Shown: piece by piece, positions 28,817-39,510 of the stretch
How positions within the stretch are numbered: position 1 is the stretch's first letter
Layout: every line of letters starts with the position of its first letter
NCBI GenBank assembly: GCA_009693245.1
Contig: SHXO01000004.1
Location: 536 to 64,535, forward strand
Length of the DNA: 64,000 nucleotides
Direction: 5' to 3'
Source of the DNA: Betaproteobacteria bacterium
GTDB taxonomy: Bacteria > Pseudomonadota > Gammaproteobacteria > Burkholderiales > SHXO01
Translations under genes and position numbers: made by a program
The notes under the pieces: generated by a model
Database searches by the model: none
The model's input: only the letters and a program-made list of their open reading frames with translations
Told to the model about the DNA's origin: nothing

Positions 28817-28892
28817 GATTCGGCATTGAGCACGCGTTCGCTCTACAAAGTTGCCTGCGATACGACCATCACACAATCGGGAGGCCTAGCGC

Positions 28893-30158
28893 ATGTCTGA
28901 GAAACCGGGGTCGGAGAAATTACTTTATTGCTCTTTCTGCGGAAAGAGCCAGCATGAAGTTCGCAAGTTGATCGCGGGCCCTTCGGTATTCATTTGCGAC
29001 GAATGTATCGAGCTTTGCAACGATATCATCCGCGAAGAGAGCCAGAGCGATACCACGGCGAAGGCGGGCAAATCGGATTTGCCAGTACCACAGGAAATCC
29101 AGAATATTCTCGACCAGTATGTAATCGGCCAAGCACACGCCAAGAAAATTCTCTCGGTGGCGGTGTACAACCATTACAAGCGATTGAAGAATCTCGGGAA
29201 GAAAGACGAGATCGAGCTATCCAAGAGCAACATTTTGCTCATTGGACCCACGGGGTCCGGGAAAACGCTGCTGGCCCAAACATTGGCGCGCTTGCTGAAT
29301 GTACCCTTCGTGATGGCGGACGCGACAACATTGACAGAGGCGGGCTACGTTGGAGAAGATGTCGAGAACATTATCCAGAAGCTGCTTCAAAAGTGCGACT
29401 ACGACGTTGAGAAAGCGCAAAGAGGGATCGTCTATATAGACGAAATCGACAAGATTTCCCGCAAGTCGGAGAACCCTTCCATTACCCGGGATGTATCTGG
29501 CGAAGGCGTGCAGCAAGCTCTGCTAAAGCTCATCGAGGGGACCATCGCCTCGGTTCCGCCCCAAGGGGGCCGTAAGCACCCCAACCAAGAGTTCGTGCAG
29601 GTCGATACCACCAACATCCTTTTTGTGTGCGGCGGCGCCTTCGATGGCTTGGACCGCATCATCCGCAACCGCTCGGACAAGGGCGGGATCGGATTCGGGG
29701 CGCAGGTACGCAGCAAGGATAGCCGTAAGGACATCGGCATTGTGCTAAAGGATGTCGAACCAGAGGATCTCATCAAGTATGGGCTCATCCCAGAGTTCGT
29801 GGGGAGGTTGCCCGTGGTGGCCACGCTCGACGAACTGGACGAGGAAGCGTTGATTCAAATCTTGACCGAGCCCAAGAATGCCTTGCTCAAACAATTCCAG
29901 AAACTTTTTGCCATGGAAGGTGTCGAGCTGGAGGTGCGCGGGGAGGCGCTGAAGGCCATCGCCCGTAAAGCCCTTGCTCGCAAGACCGGCGCGCGCGGGC
30001 TTCGGTCCATTCTCGAACATTCGTTGCTTGACACCATGTTCGATTTGCCGTCGTCGAAGAACGTCAGGAAGGCGGTGATCGACGAGGGTACTATTGTCAG
30101 CGACGTGAAGCCATTGCTGATCTATGCGGACCAACCCAAGGTGGCGGGCTCCGCGTAA
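28893..30158 (+). CDS. clpX: ATP-dependent Clp protease ATP-binding subunit ClpX
   Basis: N-terminal zinc finger CSFCGK...CDEC, Walker [18 protein letters not shown]. 421 aa. Confidence 0.96.
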   Translation: MSEKPGSEKLLYCSFCGKSQHEVRKLIAGPSVFICDECIELCNDIIREESQSDTTAKAGKSDLPVPQEIQNILDQYVIGQAHAKKILSVAVYNHYKRLKNLGKKDEIELSKSNILLIGPTGSGKTLLAQTLARLLNVPFVMADATTLTEAGYVGEDVENIIQKLLQKCDYDVEKAQRGIVYIDEIDKISRKSENPSITRDVSGEGVQQALLKLIEGTIASVPPQGGRKHPNQEFVQVDTTNILFVCGGAFDGLDRIIRNRSDKGGIGFGAQVRSKDSRKDIGIVLKDVEPEDLIKYGLIPEFVGRLPVVATLDELDEEALIQILTEPKNALLKQFQKLFAMEGVELEVRGEALKAIARKALARKTGARGLRSILEHSLLDTMFDLPSSKNVRKAVIDEGTIVSDVKPLLIYADQPKVAGSA

Positions 30159-30198
30159 AAGCCGCTATTAGGGTACAAAGGCATTGGATTCCCCGCCG

Positions 30199-30227
30199 CG
30201 TTGCAATACCGATATTCCTCCCCAATC
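30199..30227 (+). promoter_or_regulatory. Candidate sigma32 (heat-shock) promoter of lon
   Basis: GTTGCAA (-35-like), a 13-nt spacer, then CCCCAATCT (compare the consensus CTTGAAA ... CCCCATNT). It lies about 40 nt upstream of the lon ATG. Confidence 0.45.
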
Positions 30228-30266
30228 TACAACTTGGCCGATACGGGCCTAACCAGGTGAAAGTGA

Positions 30267-32675
30267 ATGTCTAACCAAGAATCCTATTCGGATGCGGTCA
30301 CGTTACCTCTACTTCCTCTACGGGACGTCGTGGTATTTCCGCACATGGTCATCCCTTTGTTCGTGGGTAGGCCGAAGTCCATCAAGGCGCTGGAGACCGC
30401 CATGGAGGCAGGGAAGAGCATTCTGCTAGTGGCGCAAAAATCCGCGGCGAAGGACGAGCCCTCCGAGGAAGATCTATATTCCACTGGCACTATCTCCAAT
30501 ATCCTGCAGATGCTGAAACTGCCAGATGGTACGGTGAAGGTGTTGGTGGAAGGCGTACAGCGAGCCAGGGTGCGTCTTGTGCACGATCTACGTACTCATT
30601 ACGCCGCTGAGGCGGTCCCCGTCCATGGCTCCATAGGCGAGGGTACGGAACTAGAAGCCATGCGCCGGGCAATGATTGCGCAGTTCGACCAATACGTAAA
30701 GCTCAACAAGAAAATTCCACCCGAGATATTGACCTCCCTCGCGAGCATCGACGAGGCTGGCCGCCTAGGGGACACGGTGGCGGCGCATCTCCCCTTGAAG
30801 TTAGACCAGAAACAGCAAGTCTTGGAAATGCTTGACGTGCGCCACCGTTTGGAGCATCTGCTTTCGTTGATGGAAACCGAGCTCGATATTCTTCAAGTAG
30901 AAAAACGCATCCGCGGGCGGGTGAAGAAGCAGATGGAGAAGAGCCAGCGCGAGTATTACCTCAATGAGCAAGTCAAGGCCATTCAAAAGGAGTTGGGAGA
31001 TCTCGAGGAAGGCGCGGATTTGGAAGAAATGGAGAAGCGCATCCGAACCGCTCACATGCCCAAGGAAGCGCGACTGAAGGCTGAGTCGGAGCTGAAGAAA
31101 CTGAAGCTCATGTCTCCCATGTCCGCGGAAGCGACCGTGGTTAGAAACTACATCGAGACCCTGATTGGTTTGCCGTGGAAGAAAAAGAGCAAGATCAATT
31201 CGGATCTATCCCATGCGGAGCGGATTCTCAACGAAGACCATTATGGGCTGGACAAGGTCAAGGAGCGAATTGTCGAGTACCTCGCGGTCCAGCAAAGAGT
31301 CGATAAGGTGAAAGCGCCGATACTTTGCCTCGTGGGTCCTCCGGGAGTCGGCAAGACCTCCCTCGGCCAATCAATCGCCCGTGCGACCAATAGGAAATTT
31401 AGCCGGATGTCATTGGGCGGCGTGCGTGACGAAGCCGAGATACGGGGACACCGCCGTACGTACATCGGGTCCATGCCCGGCAAGATATTGCAGAACCTTT
31501 CAAAAGTGAGCGTGCGCAATCCCCTGTTCCTGCTCGACGAAGTGGATAAGATGGGCATGGATTTCCGGGGGGATCCATCTTCGGCTCTGCTAGAGGTGCT
31601 GGATCCGGAACAAAACAGCACTTTCGTGGATCATTACGTCGAGGTGGAGTACGACTTGTCCGACGTGATGTTCGTGGCGACCGCCAATACCATGAATATT
31701 CCGCCGGCACTACTGGATCGCATGGAGGTGATCCGTCTTTCCGGTTATACGGAAGACGAGAAAGTAAACATCGCCCTACGGCATCTGATTCAGAAGCAGT
31801 TGAAAAACCATGGTCTGAAGCCCGAGGAAATTTCTATTTCAGAGAGCGCCGTTCGCGACATCGTTCGCTACCACACCCGGGAGGCGGGCGTGCGCGCCCT
31901 CGAAAGAGATTTGTCCAAGATATGTCGTAAGGTAGTGAAGGCGCTGGTCATGCATAAGCGCCAGCGCAAGACGGCCGTGTCGGCGAAGAATCTCGAATCC
32001 TATTTGGGCGTGCGCCGGTACTCCTATGGCATCGCGGAGAAGAACAACCAAATCGGGCAAGTTACTGGGTTGGCTTGGACCGAAGTGGGCGGAGAGCTGC
32101 TGACTATCGAGAGCGCGGTGATGTCTGGTAAGGGCAAGGTGGTCTCGACCGGAAAACTGGGTGAAGTGATGCAGGAGTCTATCCAGGCCGCGATGACGGT
32201 CGTTAGAAGCCGGTCGGAGCGCTTGGGTATTCTCGAGGACTTTTATCAGAAGAACGATATCCACATTCATCTTCCCGAGGGCGCGACACCGAAGGACGGG
32301 CCCAGCGCCGGAATCGGCATTTGCACGGCCATGGTGTCCGTGCTGACCGGTATTCCCGTGCGGGCCGACGTGGCGATGACGGGGGAAATTACACTGCGCG
32401 GCGAGGTATTGCCCATCGGCGGATTGAAGGAAAAACTACTTGCCGCACATCGCGGCGGCATAAAGGTAGTCCTCATTCCAGAGGAAAACACCAAGGACTT
32501 GGCGGAGATTCCTGAAAACATCAAGAACCGCCTGGATATTCATCCAGTTAAATGGTTTGACCAAGTCCTGGAACTCGCGCTGGAACGAAAGCCGGTGCCT
32601 CTGCCGGAGAAAAAAGAATCAGTGGCCTTACCGCCCGCCGCGGTCGAGAATCCTGCCCCCGCGTTCAAGCACTGA
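30267..32675 (+). CDS. lon: Endopeptidase La (Lon protease)
   Basis: [24 protein letters not shown]-domain, Walker [10 protein letters not shown], protease motif DGPSAGI. 802 aa. Confidence 0.96.
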   Translation: MSNQESYSDAVTLPLLPLRDVVVFPHMVIPLFVGRPKSIKALETAMEAGKSILLVAQKSAAKDEPSEEDLYSTGTISNILQMLKLPDGTVKVLVEGVQRARVRLVHDLRTHYAAEAVPVHGSIGEGTELEAMRRAMIAQFDQYVKLNKKIPPEILTSLASIDEAGRLGDTVAAHLPLKLDQKQQVLEMLDVRHRLEHLLSLMETELDILQVEKRIRGRVKKQMEKSQREYYLNEQVKAIQKELGDLEEGADLEEMEKRIRTAHMPKEARLKAESELKKLKLMSPMSAEATVVRNYIETLIGLPWKKKSKINSDLSHAERILNEDHYGLDKVKERIVEYLAVQQRVDKVKAPILCLVGPPGVGKTSLGQSIARATNRKFSRMSLGGVRDEAEIRGHRRTYIGSMPGKILQNLSKVSVRNPLFLLDEVDKMGMDFRGDPSSALLEVLDPEQNSTFVDHYVEVEYDLSDVMFVATANTMNIPPALLDRMEVIRLSGYTEDEKVNIALRHLIQKQLKNHGLKPEEISISESAVRDIVRYHTREAGVRALERDLSKICRKVVKALVMHKRQRKTAVSAKNLESYLGVRRYSYGIAEKNNQIGQVTGLAWTEVGGELLTIESAVMSGKGKVVSTGKLGEVMQESIQAAMTVVRSRSERLGILEDFYQKNDIHIHLPEGATPKDGPSAGIGICTAMVSVLTGIPVRADVAMTGEITLRGEVLPIGGLKEKLLAAHRGGIKVVLIPEENTKDLAEIPENIKNRLDIHPVKWFDQVLELALERKPVPLPEKKESVALPPAAVENPAPAFKH

Positions 32676-32764
32676 TCCAAGACGGCGGCCGAGAAATCAC
32701 ATTGTCATGATGTCTCAGCCAAGCGACTACTCTCATGAGATGGTTGCTCCTTACCGCGTTTCGC

Positions 32765-32794
32765 TTGACACACTATTTTCACGCTTGATATAAA
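32765..32794 (+). promoter_or_regulatory. Candidate sigma70 promoter upstream of hupB
   Basis: TTGACA (32765-32770), an 18-nt spacer, TATAAA (32789-32794). This would give a leader of about 125 nt. Confidence 0.4.
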
Positions 32795-32923
32795 ACCGCG
32801 GTTGCGATTAAGAAGCAAGCCGCTTATGCGCCGAGGGCGCGGGAAGGGGAGTTCGGGGGTTGGGCCAAAAGGATGTTCGAAGTCACAGCTAATCTCACTA
32901 ATTCATAACGAAAGGGGACGCAC

Positions 32924-33196
32924 ATGAATAAACAAGATCTGATAGAAACGATCGCGAAACAAGCCGACATTTCCAAGGCGGCGGCGGGTAGGGCGCTAGA
33001 TGCCGCCATTGCAGGCATTAGGCAGTCCTTGAAGAAAGGCGGTATGGTCACCCTCGTGGGATTCGGGACATTTCATGTCGGCAAAAGAGCGGCGCGTGCC
33101 GGCCGTAATCCACAAACAGGTGCCGCCATCAAGATCAAAGCAGCGAAGGTTGTGAAGTTCAGGGCTGGAAAAGCGCTGAAGGACGCTGTAAACTAG
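32924..33196 (+). CDS. hupB: DNA-binding protein HU-beta
   Basis: [27 protein letters not shown]...[21 protein letters not shown]. 90 aa, in the classical lon-hupB-ppiD synteny. Confidence 0.95.
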   Translation: MNKQDLIETIAKQADISKAAAGRALDAAIAGIRQSLKKGGMVTLVGFGTFHVGKRAARAGRNPQTGAAIKIKAAKVVKFRAGKALKDAVN

Positions 33197-33250
33197 CAGG
33201 TCTTCAGTTCGGTGTAATGCACTCAGGATAATTTTGGTGGTAGGAATCCG

Positions 33251-33326
33251 GGGTGCTTAGCTCAGTTGGTAGAGCGTCGCCCTTACAAGGCGAATGTCGG
33301 GAGTTCGAGCCTCCCAGCACCCACCA
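33251..33326 (+). tRNA. tRNA-Val (anticodon TAC)
   Basis: Acceptor GGGTGCT/AGCACCC, anticodon stem TCGCC/GGCGA with loop CTTACAA, T-arm GGGAG-TTCGAGC-CTCCC, 3' ACCA. Confidence 0.93.
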
Positions 33327-33339
33327 GCAGGACTGATAG

Positions 33340-33416
33340 GGAGTGGTAGTTCAGTCGGTTAGAATACCGGCCTGTCACGCCGGGGGTCGCGGGTTCGAGT
33401 CCCGTCCACTCCGCCA
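33340..33416 (+). tRNA. tRNA-Asp (anticodon GTC)
   Basis: Acceptor GGAGTGG/CCACTCC, anticodon stem CCGGC/GCCGG with loop CTGTCAC, T-arm GCGGG-TTCGAGT-CCCGT, 3' GCCA. Confidence 0.93.
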
Positions 33417-33423
33417 GCATCAC

Positions 33424-33454
33424 AAAAAAGGCGAACGCAAGTTCGCCTTTTTTG
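33424..33454 (+). terminator. Rho-independent terminator after tRNA-Asp
   Basis: AAAAAAGGCGAAC-GCAA-GTTCGCCTTTTTT: a perfect 7-bp GC core extended by A/T pairs, followed by a T-run. Confidence 0.8.
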
Positions 33455-33527
33455 TTTAGACGCATTGATACTTAACCCAAGCCAGCTATTTCATCTCACA
33501 CGCCCCGCGGGGGAAAGGACCAGCTCG

Positions 33528-35426
33528 ATGTTTGATTTTGTCGCAAACCGAAAACGGATTGTTCAGATCGTTATCGCGCTGATCATGCTGCCCTTCGCGT
33601 TCTTCGGAATCGACTTTTACTCTCGCGGCGTGGATAAGAGCGATCAAGTGGCGGTTGTGGGCGGCGCGGGCATTACTTCTAGCGAGTTCGGCCGGGCATT
33701 GCGCGAGCGCCAAGAGCAAGTCCGGCAGATGATGCAAGGCAAGGCGAGCTCTGAGATTCTGAATAGCCCCGAGATCAAGAACCAAGTGGTGGAGCAACTG
33801 ATCGAGGAACGCCTGATGCTGGCGAGCGCGGACAAAACGAGATTGGGGGTGTCGGACTCGCGGCTTCGCGACATGATTCAGAGAATCCCCGCCTTCAAGA
33901 ACGACGTGACGGGAAAATTTTCCAAGGAGCGCTACGAGCTGCTGCTTCAAACGAGGGGCATCGATCCAAGTACGTTCGAGGCGGGTCTGCGTAGCGATGC
34001 AGTGATTTCTCAAGTGCGGGGGTCGGTGGCTTCCACTGGATTTTTGCCTAGGACAATCGCCGGGCGTCTTGCCAAAATTCGCGGGCAACAGCGCGAAGTG
34101 AGTCAAGTGATCGTTTCTCCGATGAGTTTCCTGGCGCAAGTGAAACTGGCGGATGACGAGGCTAAGCAATACTACGATAACACGCCCACGGCCTATACTT
34201 TGCCGGAACGAGCGCGCGTGGAATATGTGGTGCTATCCTTGGAGGCGATGCAAAAGCAAGTATCGGTCAAGGAAGAGGATATTCGAAAGTACTACCAGGA
34301 AAATGCTTTACAGTTCGAGCAGCCTGAAGAAAGACGCGCCCGGCATATTCTCTTCGCCGTGGACGCGAAGGCCAGCGAAGAGGTTAGATCCAAAGCCAAG
34401 TCCCAAGCGGCGGCCTTGCTCGCCACGGCGAGGAAAGAAGGGGTTGATTTCGCGGAATTGGCCAAGAAGAATTCACAGGATCCCGGTTCCGCGCCGGAAG
34501 GGGGCGATCTGGGGTTTTTCGCGAAAGGGCGCATGGCCAAACCTTTTGATGAAGCGGTGTTTGCCATGAAGGCCGGAGAAATCGTGGGGCCTGTGGAAAC
34601 TCAGTATGGATACCACATGATTCGGCTGGAAGAAATCAAAGCGGGTAAACGCCAGGCTTTGGAGGAGGTGCGCGCGAATATCGAGGAGGAAGTAAAGAAG
34701 AACGCGGCGAACCGGGAGTTTGCCGAAAAGGCCGAACAGCTCAGCACCCTAGTCTACGAACAGTCTGACAGTCTCAAGACCGCGTCCGAAACACTCAAGC
34801 TGGCTATTGACCAAAGTGGATGGGTGACGCGGGACCGTGCGGAAATACCCGTGTTGAACAACGAGAAATTGCTCAAGGCTATTTTTTCGGAGGAGGCTGT
34901 CAAGAACAAGCGCAACACCGAAGCGGTGGAGGTAGCGCCCAGTACTATCGTGTCGGCGAGAATCGTGGAACATATTCCACCCGCGCGGCAGCCCTATGAG
35001 GTGGTCAAGGAAATAATCGTGGAGCAACTCAAAGCCAAGAAAGCGGCGGAGTTGGCAAGGAAGGATGGAGAAGAGAAACTGGCGCGCTTGAAGAAGGGCG
35101 AGTCAATCTCACTGCCGTGGTCCCCCGCTCAGGCCATTTCGCGCGAAAAGACGCAAGGCCTCTCGCCGGAAGCTGCGCAAGTGGTTTTTCAGGCTGACGC
35201 CTCGAAGTTGCCCGCCTACGCCGGATTTGGCGGCGGGGACGGGCGTTACGTGCTCTTTCGTGTGAGCAACGTGACGGACTCCGCCGAGACGAACGAGGAA
35301 GCCGACCAGGCCCTGGCCAAGCAGGTTGCATCCATGCTGGCTCGCGAAGCCCAAGCGGCTCGTGTACAAAGCCTAAGGACAAAGTCCAAGGTTAAGATCA
35401 ATAAGGACCGTTTCGAAAAAGGTTAA
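33528..35426 (+). CDS. ppiD: Periplasmic chaperone / peptidyl-prolyl isomerase PpiD
   Basis: The ATG at 33528 gives MFDFVANRKRIVQIVIALIMLPFAFFG (N-terminal TM anchor). Parvulin domain (RARHILF...GGDLGFF...GYHMIRL). About 632 aa. Confidence 0.92.
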   Translation: MFDFVANRKRIVQIVIALIMLPFAFFGIDFYSRGVDKSDQVAVVGGAGITSSEFGRALRERQEQVRQMMQGKASSEILNSPEIKNQVVEQLIEERLMLASADKTRLGVSDSRLRDMIQRIPAFKNDVTGKFSKERYELLLQTRGIDPSTFEAGLRSDAVISQVRGSVASTGFLPRTIAGRLAKIRGQQREVSQVIVSPMSFLAQVKLADDEAKQYYDNTPTAYTLPERARVEYVVLSLEAMQKQVSVKEEDIRKYYQENALQFEQPEERRARHILFAVDAKASEEVRSKAKSQAAALLATARKEGVDFAELAKKNSQDPGSAPEGGDLGFFAKGRMAKPFDEAVFAMKAGEIVGPVETQYGYHMIRLEEIKAGKRQALEEVRANIEEEVKKNAANREFAEKAEQLSTLVYEQSDSLKTASETLKLAIDQSGWVTRDRAEIPVLNNEKLLKAIFSEEAVKNKRNTEAVEVAPSTIVSARIVEHIPPARQPYEVVKEIIVEQLKAKKAAELARKDGEEKLARLKKGESISLPWSPAQAISREKTQGLSPEAAQVVFQADASKLPAYAGFGGGDGRYVLFRVSNVTDSAETNEEADQALAKQVASMLAREAQAARVQSLRTKSKVKINKDRFEKG

Positions 35427-35466
35427 GGCGAGGTAGGGCGGCCCGCCCCATTCGAGCGGGGTTGCT

Positions 35467-36258
35467 CTATTCACCGAGGGCGCCGGCGAATGCGGTCACG
35501 TGGAATCCGCAGTCCACGTGCAGAACCTCCCCTGTGATACCGGAGGAGAGATCCGCCAAAAGGAATGCGGCGGCGTTTCCAACATCGTCGATGCTGGTAT
35601 TACGCCTTAATGGATTGGCCTTTTCAGTCACCGCGAGCATTTTTCCAAATCCGCTTATTCCCGCCGCGGCCAGGGTCTTGATGGGCCCTGCCGATATCGC
35701 GTTGACCCGAATTCCGCGTGGTCCCAAGCTAAAGGCCATGTAACGGGTATTGGCCTCGAGGCTCGCTTTGGCCAAGCCCATCACGTTGTAGTTTGGCATG
35801 GCGCGTTCGGCCCCCAAGTAGGTCAGAGAGATGAGCGAAGCCTTGCGTCCCTCCATCATGGGCAGCGCCGCGCGCGCAAGCGCGGTAAAGCTGTAGGAGC
35901 TGACATCATGGGCGACACGAAAGGCCTCGCGCGTGGTGCCTTCAACGAAGTCCGCTGCCAGAGCTTCGCGCGGCGCGAAAGCGATGGAGTGCACGAGCCC
36001 GTCGAGCTCATCCCAGCTCTGGCTCAAGTCCGAGAATAAGGCGGCGATTTCTTCGTCCAGCGCCACATCGCAAGGAAACACCAAGGATGATTCGAACTCC
36101 GACGCGAGTTCCAGGACACGGTCTCGCACGCGTTCGCCTTGGTAGGTGAAGGCAAGGTGCGCGCCCTCACGGCGGGCGGCTTGGGCAATGCCGTAAGCGA
36201 TAGAGCGGTTGCTCAATAAACCGGTAATCAGAATTTTCTTATCGTTGAGAAATCCCAT
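35467..36258 (-). CDS. fabI: Enoyl-[acyl-carrier-protein] reductase (NADH) FabI
   Basis: [26 protein letters not shown]-terminus and Y-x6-K catalytic region ([12 protein letters not shown]). 263 aa. Confidence 0.95.
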   Translation of the reverse strand: MGFLNDKKILITGLLSNRSIAYGIAQAARREGAHLAFTYQGERVRDRVLELASEFESSLVFPCDVALDEEIAALFSDLSQSWDELDGLVHSIAFAPREALAADFVEGTTREAFRVAHDVSSYSFTALARAALPMMEGRKASLISLTYLGAERAMPNYNVMGLAKASLEANTRYMAFSLGPRGIRVNAISAGPIKTLAAAGISGFGKMLAVTEKANPLRRNTSIDDVGNAAAFLLADLSSGITGEVLHVDCGFHVTAFAGALGE

Positions 36259-36290
36259 GGATGGCTCCCGTTGAAGGCGCGTCGATTATA

Positions 36291-36307
36291 GCCAATAGGC
36301 TATTGGC
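36291..36307. promoter_or_regulatory. 17-bp inverted repeat GCCAATAG-G-CTATTGGC in the fabI / ABC-SBP divergent promoter region
   Basis: Perfect 8-bp arms around one central base, read directly. It lies 33-49 bp upstream of the fabI ATG. Confidence 0.4.
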
Positions 36308-36371
36308 ATACCGGTCTATGGAGCTTCCGATTCTCTATCACTGGCCCACTTTCCGGTACACTCGAACCACC

Positions 36372-38528
36372 ATGAACATACGATCAGTATGCCTTGCGCT
36401 GACTGCGTTGCTTGGGGCCTGTGAGGGGCCTTGGAACAACCCCTATCCGGCGGTGGAGAGCGGCCAGAATATTTTCTACTCGACATTCTCCGAGCGGCCC
36501 AAGCACTTGGATCCGGTGCAATCGTATTCCGAGAATGAATATTTGTTCATTGCGCAGATCTACACCCCGCCGCTTCAATACCACTACTTAAAACGGCCCT
36601 ACGAGTTGATTCCCTTTGCTGCGGAATCCGTGCCGCAACCGCGTTACTTCGATATCAATGATCGCGAGTTGCCCAAGGATGCCAGTGCACGTGACATCGC
36701 CTACAGCTTGTATGAGATCAAGATCAAGCCTGGCATGCATTACCAGCCGCATCCGGCGTTCGCATTGGATCCTTCTGGCCGACCTAAATATCTGGCGTTA
36801 TCTGAAGCAGCCCTGGCGGACGTGCACGAGCTGCGAGATTTCAAGGATATGGGCTCCAGGGAGGTGGTGGCGGAAGATTTCGTCTACCAGATCAAACGCC
36901 TTGCCCATCCGCGCCTGCATTCCCCGATCTTCGGTTTGATGAGCGAGTACATTGCCGGCCTGAACGAATACGCGCAAATCTTGAAGAAGGACGCAAAAGG
37001 GCTTGCCACCCATGAGTACTTGGATCTTAAGCGTCATGCGCTGAGCGGGGCCTATGCCACGGATCGATATACCTACAAGATTAGGGTCAAGGGTAAATAT
37101 CCTCAGTTCGTCTATTGGCTGGCCATGCCGTTCTTCGCGCCCGTTCCCGAGGAAGCGGACCGGTTCTATTCACAAGCTGGCATGGCGGAACGCAATTTGA
37201 ATTTCGACTGGTATCCCGTGGGAAGCGGACCCTATATGCTGTCGGTGAACAATCCTAACCGCCAGATGGTGATGGAGCGCAATCCCAATTATTTCGTGGA
37301 GGCCTATCCTTCGGAAGGCGAGCCGGAGGACATCACCTCAGGTATGCTGGCCGACGCGGGCAAGCCCATGCCTTTCATCGGCAAGGTGATTTACAGCCTA
37401 GAAAAGGAGGCGATCCCAGGCTGGAACAAGTTTCTGCAAGGCTATTACGACAGCTCGGGGATTTCTTCCGATAACTTCGATCGCGTGATCGAGATTTCCG
37501 GCATGGGCGACGCCCAGTTGACGGAAGAAATGCAGATGCAGGGCATCGAACTTCGCACCGCGGTGGCGCCATCCATCAGCTATTACGGATTCAACATGCT
37601 CGATCCAGTGGTGGGGGGCGACGCGGGATCCGCGCGCAAGCTTCGGCAAGCCATATCCATTGCCTTCGACATCGAGGAATACATCGCCATTTTCATGAAT
37701 GGGCGTGGCGTCGCCGGGCAAGGCCCCATCGCGCCGGGAATCATCGGATACTTGGAGGGGCAGGCGGGGATGAATCCCATCGTCTACCAATGGCGTAACA
37801 ACGAACCGCAACGCCGTTCGCTCAATGAGGCTAAACAGCTATTGACCGAGGCAGGGTACCGCAATGGGATAGATGCGCGCTCGGGAAAACCGCTAACTTT
37901 GCATTTCGATACCACATTGGTCGGCGCGCAAGGCAAACCGATGGTGGATTGGTTGGTTAAGCAGTTCAAGAAGATCGATATCGAACTCGTGGTGCGCAAT
38001 ACGGACTACAACCGCTTTCAAGAAAAAATGCGTAAGGGCATCGCGCAGATCTATCGATGGGGATGGAACGCCGATTATCCTGACCCGGAGAATTTTCTGT
38101 TCTTACTATACGGCCCGCAAGGTAAGGTGAAAGCGAGCGGGCAGAATGCCTCCAACTATGCGAATCCGGAATACGACCGTTTGTTCGAGCAGATGCGCGA
38201 ACTGGAGAACGGGACCGAGCGCAAAGCCGTGGTGGACAAAATGCTCGCCATCGCGCGGCGCGATTCGCCTTGGATCTGGGGATTGCATCCCAAGGAGTAC
38301 GGGTTGGCACATAAGTGGATCGCCAATCGCAAGCCTAATAAGATGGCCAACAACAGCCTCAAATATCTACGTGTGGACGCCCGGCAGCGCGATGTCATGC
38401 GCGAGCGGTGGAATCGTCCCGTCCTTTGGCCCGCAATGTTGCTTGCTTGCGTACTCGCGGCGGTGGCCATTCCTGGAGCCGCCCTATACCGCCGCCGGGA
38501 GCGGGCCGCGGCGCTAGGGGCAGTGTAG
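36372..38528 (+). CDS. ABC transporter substrate-binding protein, peptide/nickel family 5 (YejA-like), lipoprotein with a C-terminal TM segment
   Basis: The ATG at 36372 gives MNIRSVCLALTALLGAC (lipobox). Family-5 SBP core. Extra C-terminal hydrophobic helix VLWPAMLLACVLAAVAIPGAALY followed by RRRER. Confidence 0.85.
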   Translation: MNIRSVCLALTALLGACEGPWNNPYPAVESGQNIFYSTFSERPKHLDPVQSYSENEYLFIAQIYTPPLQYHYLKRPYELIPFAAESVPQPRYFDINDRELPKDASARDIAYSLYEIKIKPGMHYQPHPAFALDPSGRPKYLALSEAALADVHELRDFKDMGSREVVAEDFVYQIKRLAHPRLHSPIFGLMSEYIAGLNEYAQILKKDAKGLATHEYLDLKRHALSGAYATDRYTYKIRVKGKYPQFVYWLAMPFFAPVPEEADRFYSQAGMAERNLNFDWYPVGSGPYMLSVNNPNRQMVMERNPNYFVEAYPSEGEPEDITSGMLADAGKPMPFIGKVIYSLEKEAIPGWNKFLQGYYDSSGISSDNFDRVIEISGMGDAQLTEEMQMQGIELRTAVAPSISYYGFNMLDPVVGGDAGSARKLRQAISIAFDIEEYIAIFMNGRGVAGQGPIAPGIIGYLEGQAGMNPIVYQWRNNEPQRRSLNEAKQLLTEAGYRNGIDARSGKPLTLHFDTTLVGAQGKPMVDWLVKQFKKIDIELVVRNTDYNRFQEKMRKGIAQIYRWGWNADYPDPENFLFLLYGPQGKVKASGQNASNYANPEYDRLFEQMRELENGTERKAVVDKMLAIARRDSPWIWGLHPKEYGLAHKWIANRKPNKMANNSLKYLRVDARQRDVMRERWNRPVLWPAMLLACVLAAVAIPGAALYRRRERAAALGAV

Positions 38529-38532
38529 CGCG

Positions 38533-39510
38533 ATGCTCGCCTACCTAATCCGCCGGGTTCTTTACGCAATTCCCGTTTTAATCGGGGTGAATCTATTTAC
38601 CTTCGCGCTGTTTTTTTACGTGAACTCTCCGGATGACATGGCCCAGATGCAATTGGGCCAAAAGCGCGTCACGCCGGAAGCCATAGAAAAGTGGAAAGCC
38701 GAGCGCGGCTACAACAAACCCATGTTCGTGAATGCCGGGGCGAAGGGTTCCAAGAAACTCACCGATACGGTGTTTTTTCAGAAATCCGCCAGCTTGTTTT
38801 ATTTCGATTTCGGTACTTCCGATGACGGGCGCGATATTGGATACGAGATCGAGCAGCGCATGTGGCCCAGTCTTGCGATTGCGTTGCCGAGTTTCCTCGC
38901 GGGATTGGCCTGCTACATCAGCGGTGCGCTGATCCTCGCTTTCTTTCGGGCAACCCAATTGGATTTCTGGGGCGTCGTACTGTGCGTGGCGGCCATGTCG
39001 GTCTCCGGATTGTTCTACATCATTGGCGGCCAATGGCTAGTCAGCAAGCTATGGCATTGGGTACCCATCTCAGGTTATGCCGGTGGCGCTGAAAGCTGGC
39101 GCTTCGTCCTGCTGCCCGTGCTGATTGGTGTGGCCGGGGGGGCCGGGGCGAGCGCCAGACTCTATCGCACCATCTTCTTGGAAGAGATGGGTAAGGACTA
39201 TGTGCGCACCGCGCGGGCGAAAGGATTGTCCGAGGCGAAGGTGCTGTTTGGTCACGTGCTGCGCAATGGCATGATACCCATACTCACAGGGGTGGTAGTG
39301 GCGATCCCAAGCCTGTTCATCGGCAGCTTGGTCATGGAATCCTTCTTCGGCATCCCCGGCCTGGGAAGTTACACCATCGACGCGATCCAGTCGCAGGACT
39401 TTCAGATCGTACGCTCCATGGTATTTCTAGGTTCGTTCCTGTACATCCTCGGCCTGATCTTGACGGATATTTCATACACCCTCGCGGATCCGCGGGTGAG
39501 GCTGCGCTGA
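38533..39510 (+). CDS. ABC transporter permease (DppB/OppB/YejB-like)
   Basis: Six TM segments and the EAA-like motif YVRTARAKGLSE. 325 aa. Confidence 0.9.
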   Translation: MLAYLIRRVLYAIPVLIGVNLFTFALFFYVNSPDDMAQMQLGQKRVTPEAIEKWKAERGYNKPMFVNAGAKGSKKLTDTVFFQKSASLFYFDFGTSDDGRDIGYEIEQRMWPSLAIALPSFLAGLACYISGALILAFFRATQLDFWGVVLCVAAMSVSGLFYIIGGQWLVSKLWHWVPISGYAGGAESWRFVLLPVLIGVAGGAGASARLYRTIFLEEMGKDYVRTARAKGLSEAKVLFGHVLRNGMIPILTGVVVAIPSLFIGSLVMESFFGIPGLGSYTIDAIQSQDFQIVRSMVFLGSFLYILGLILTDISYTLADPRVRLR

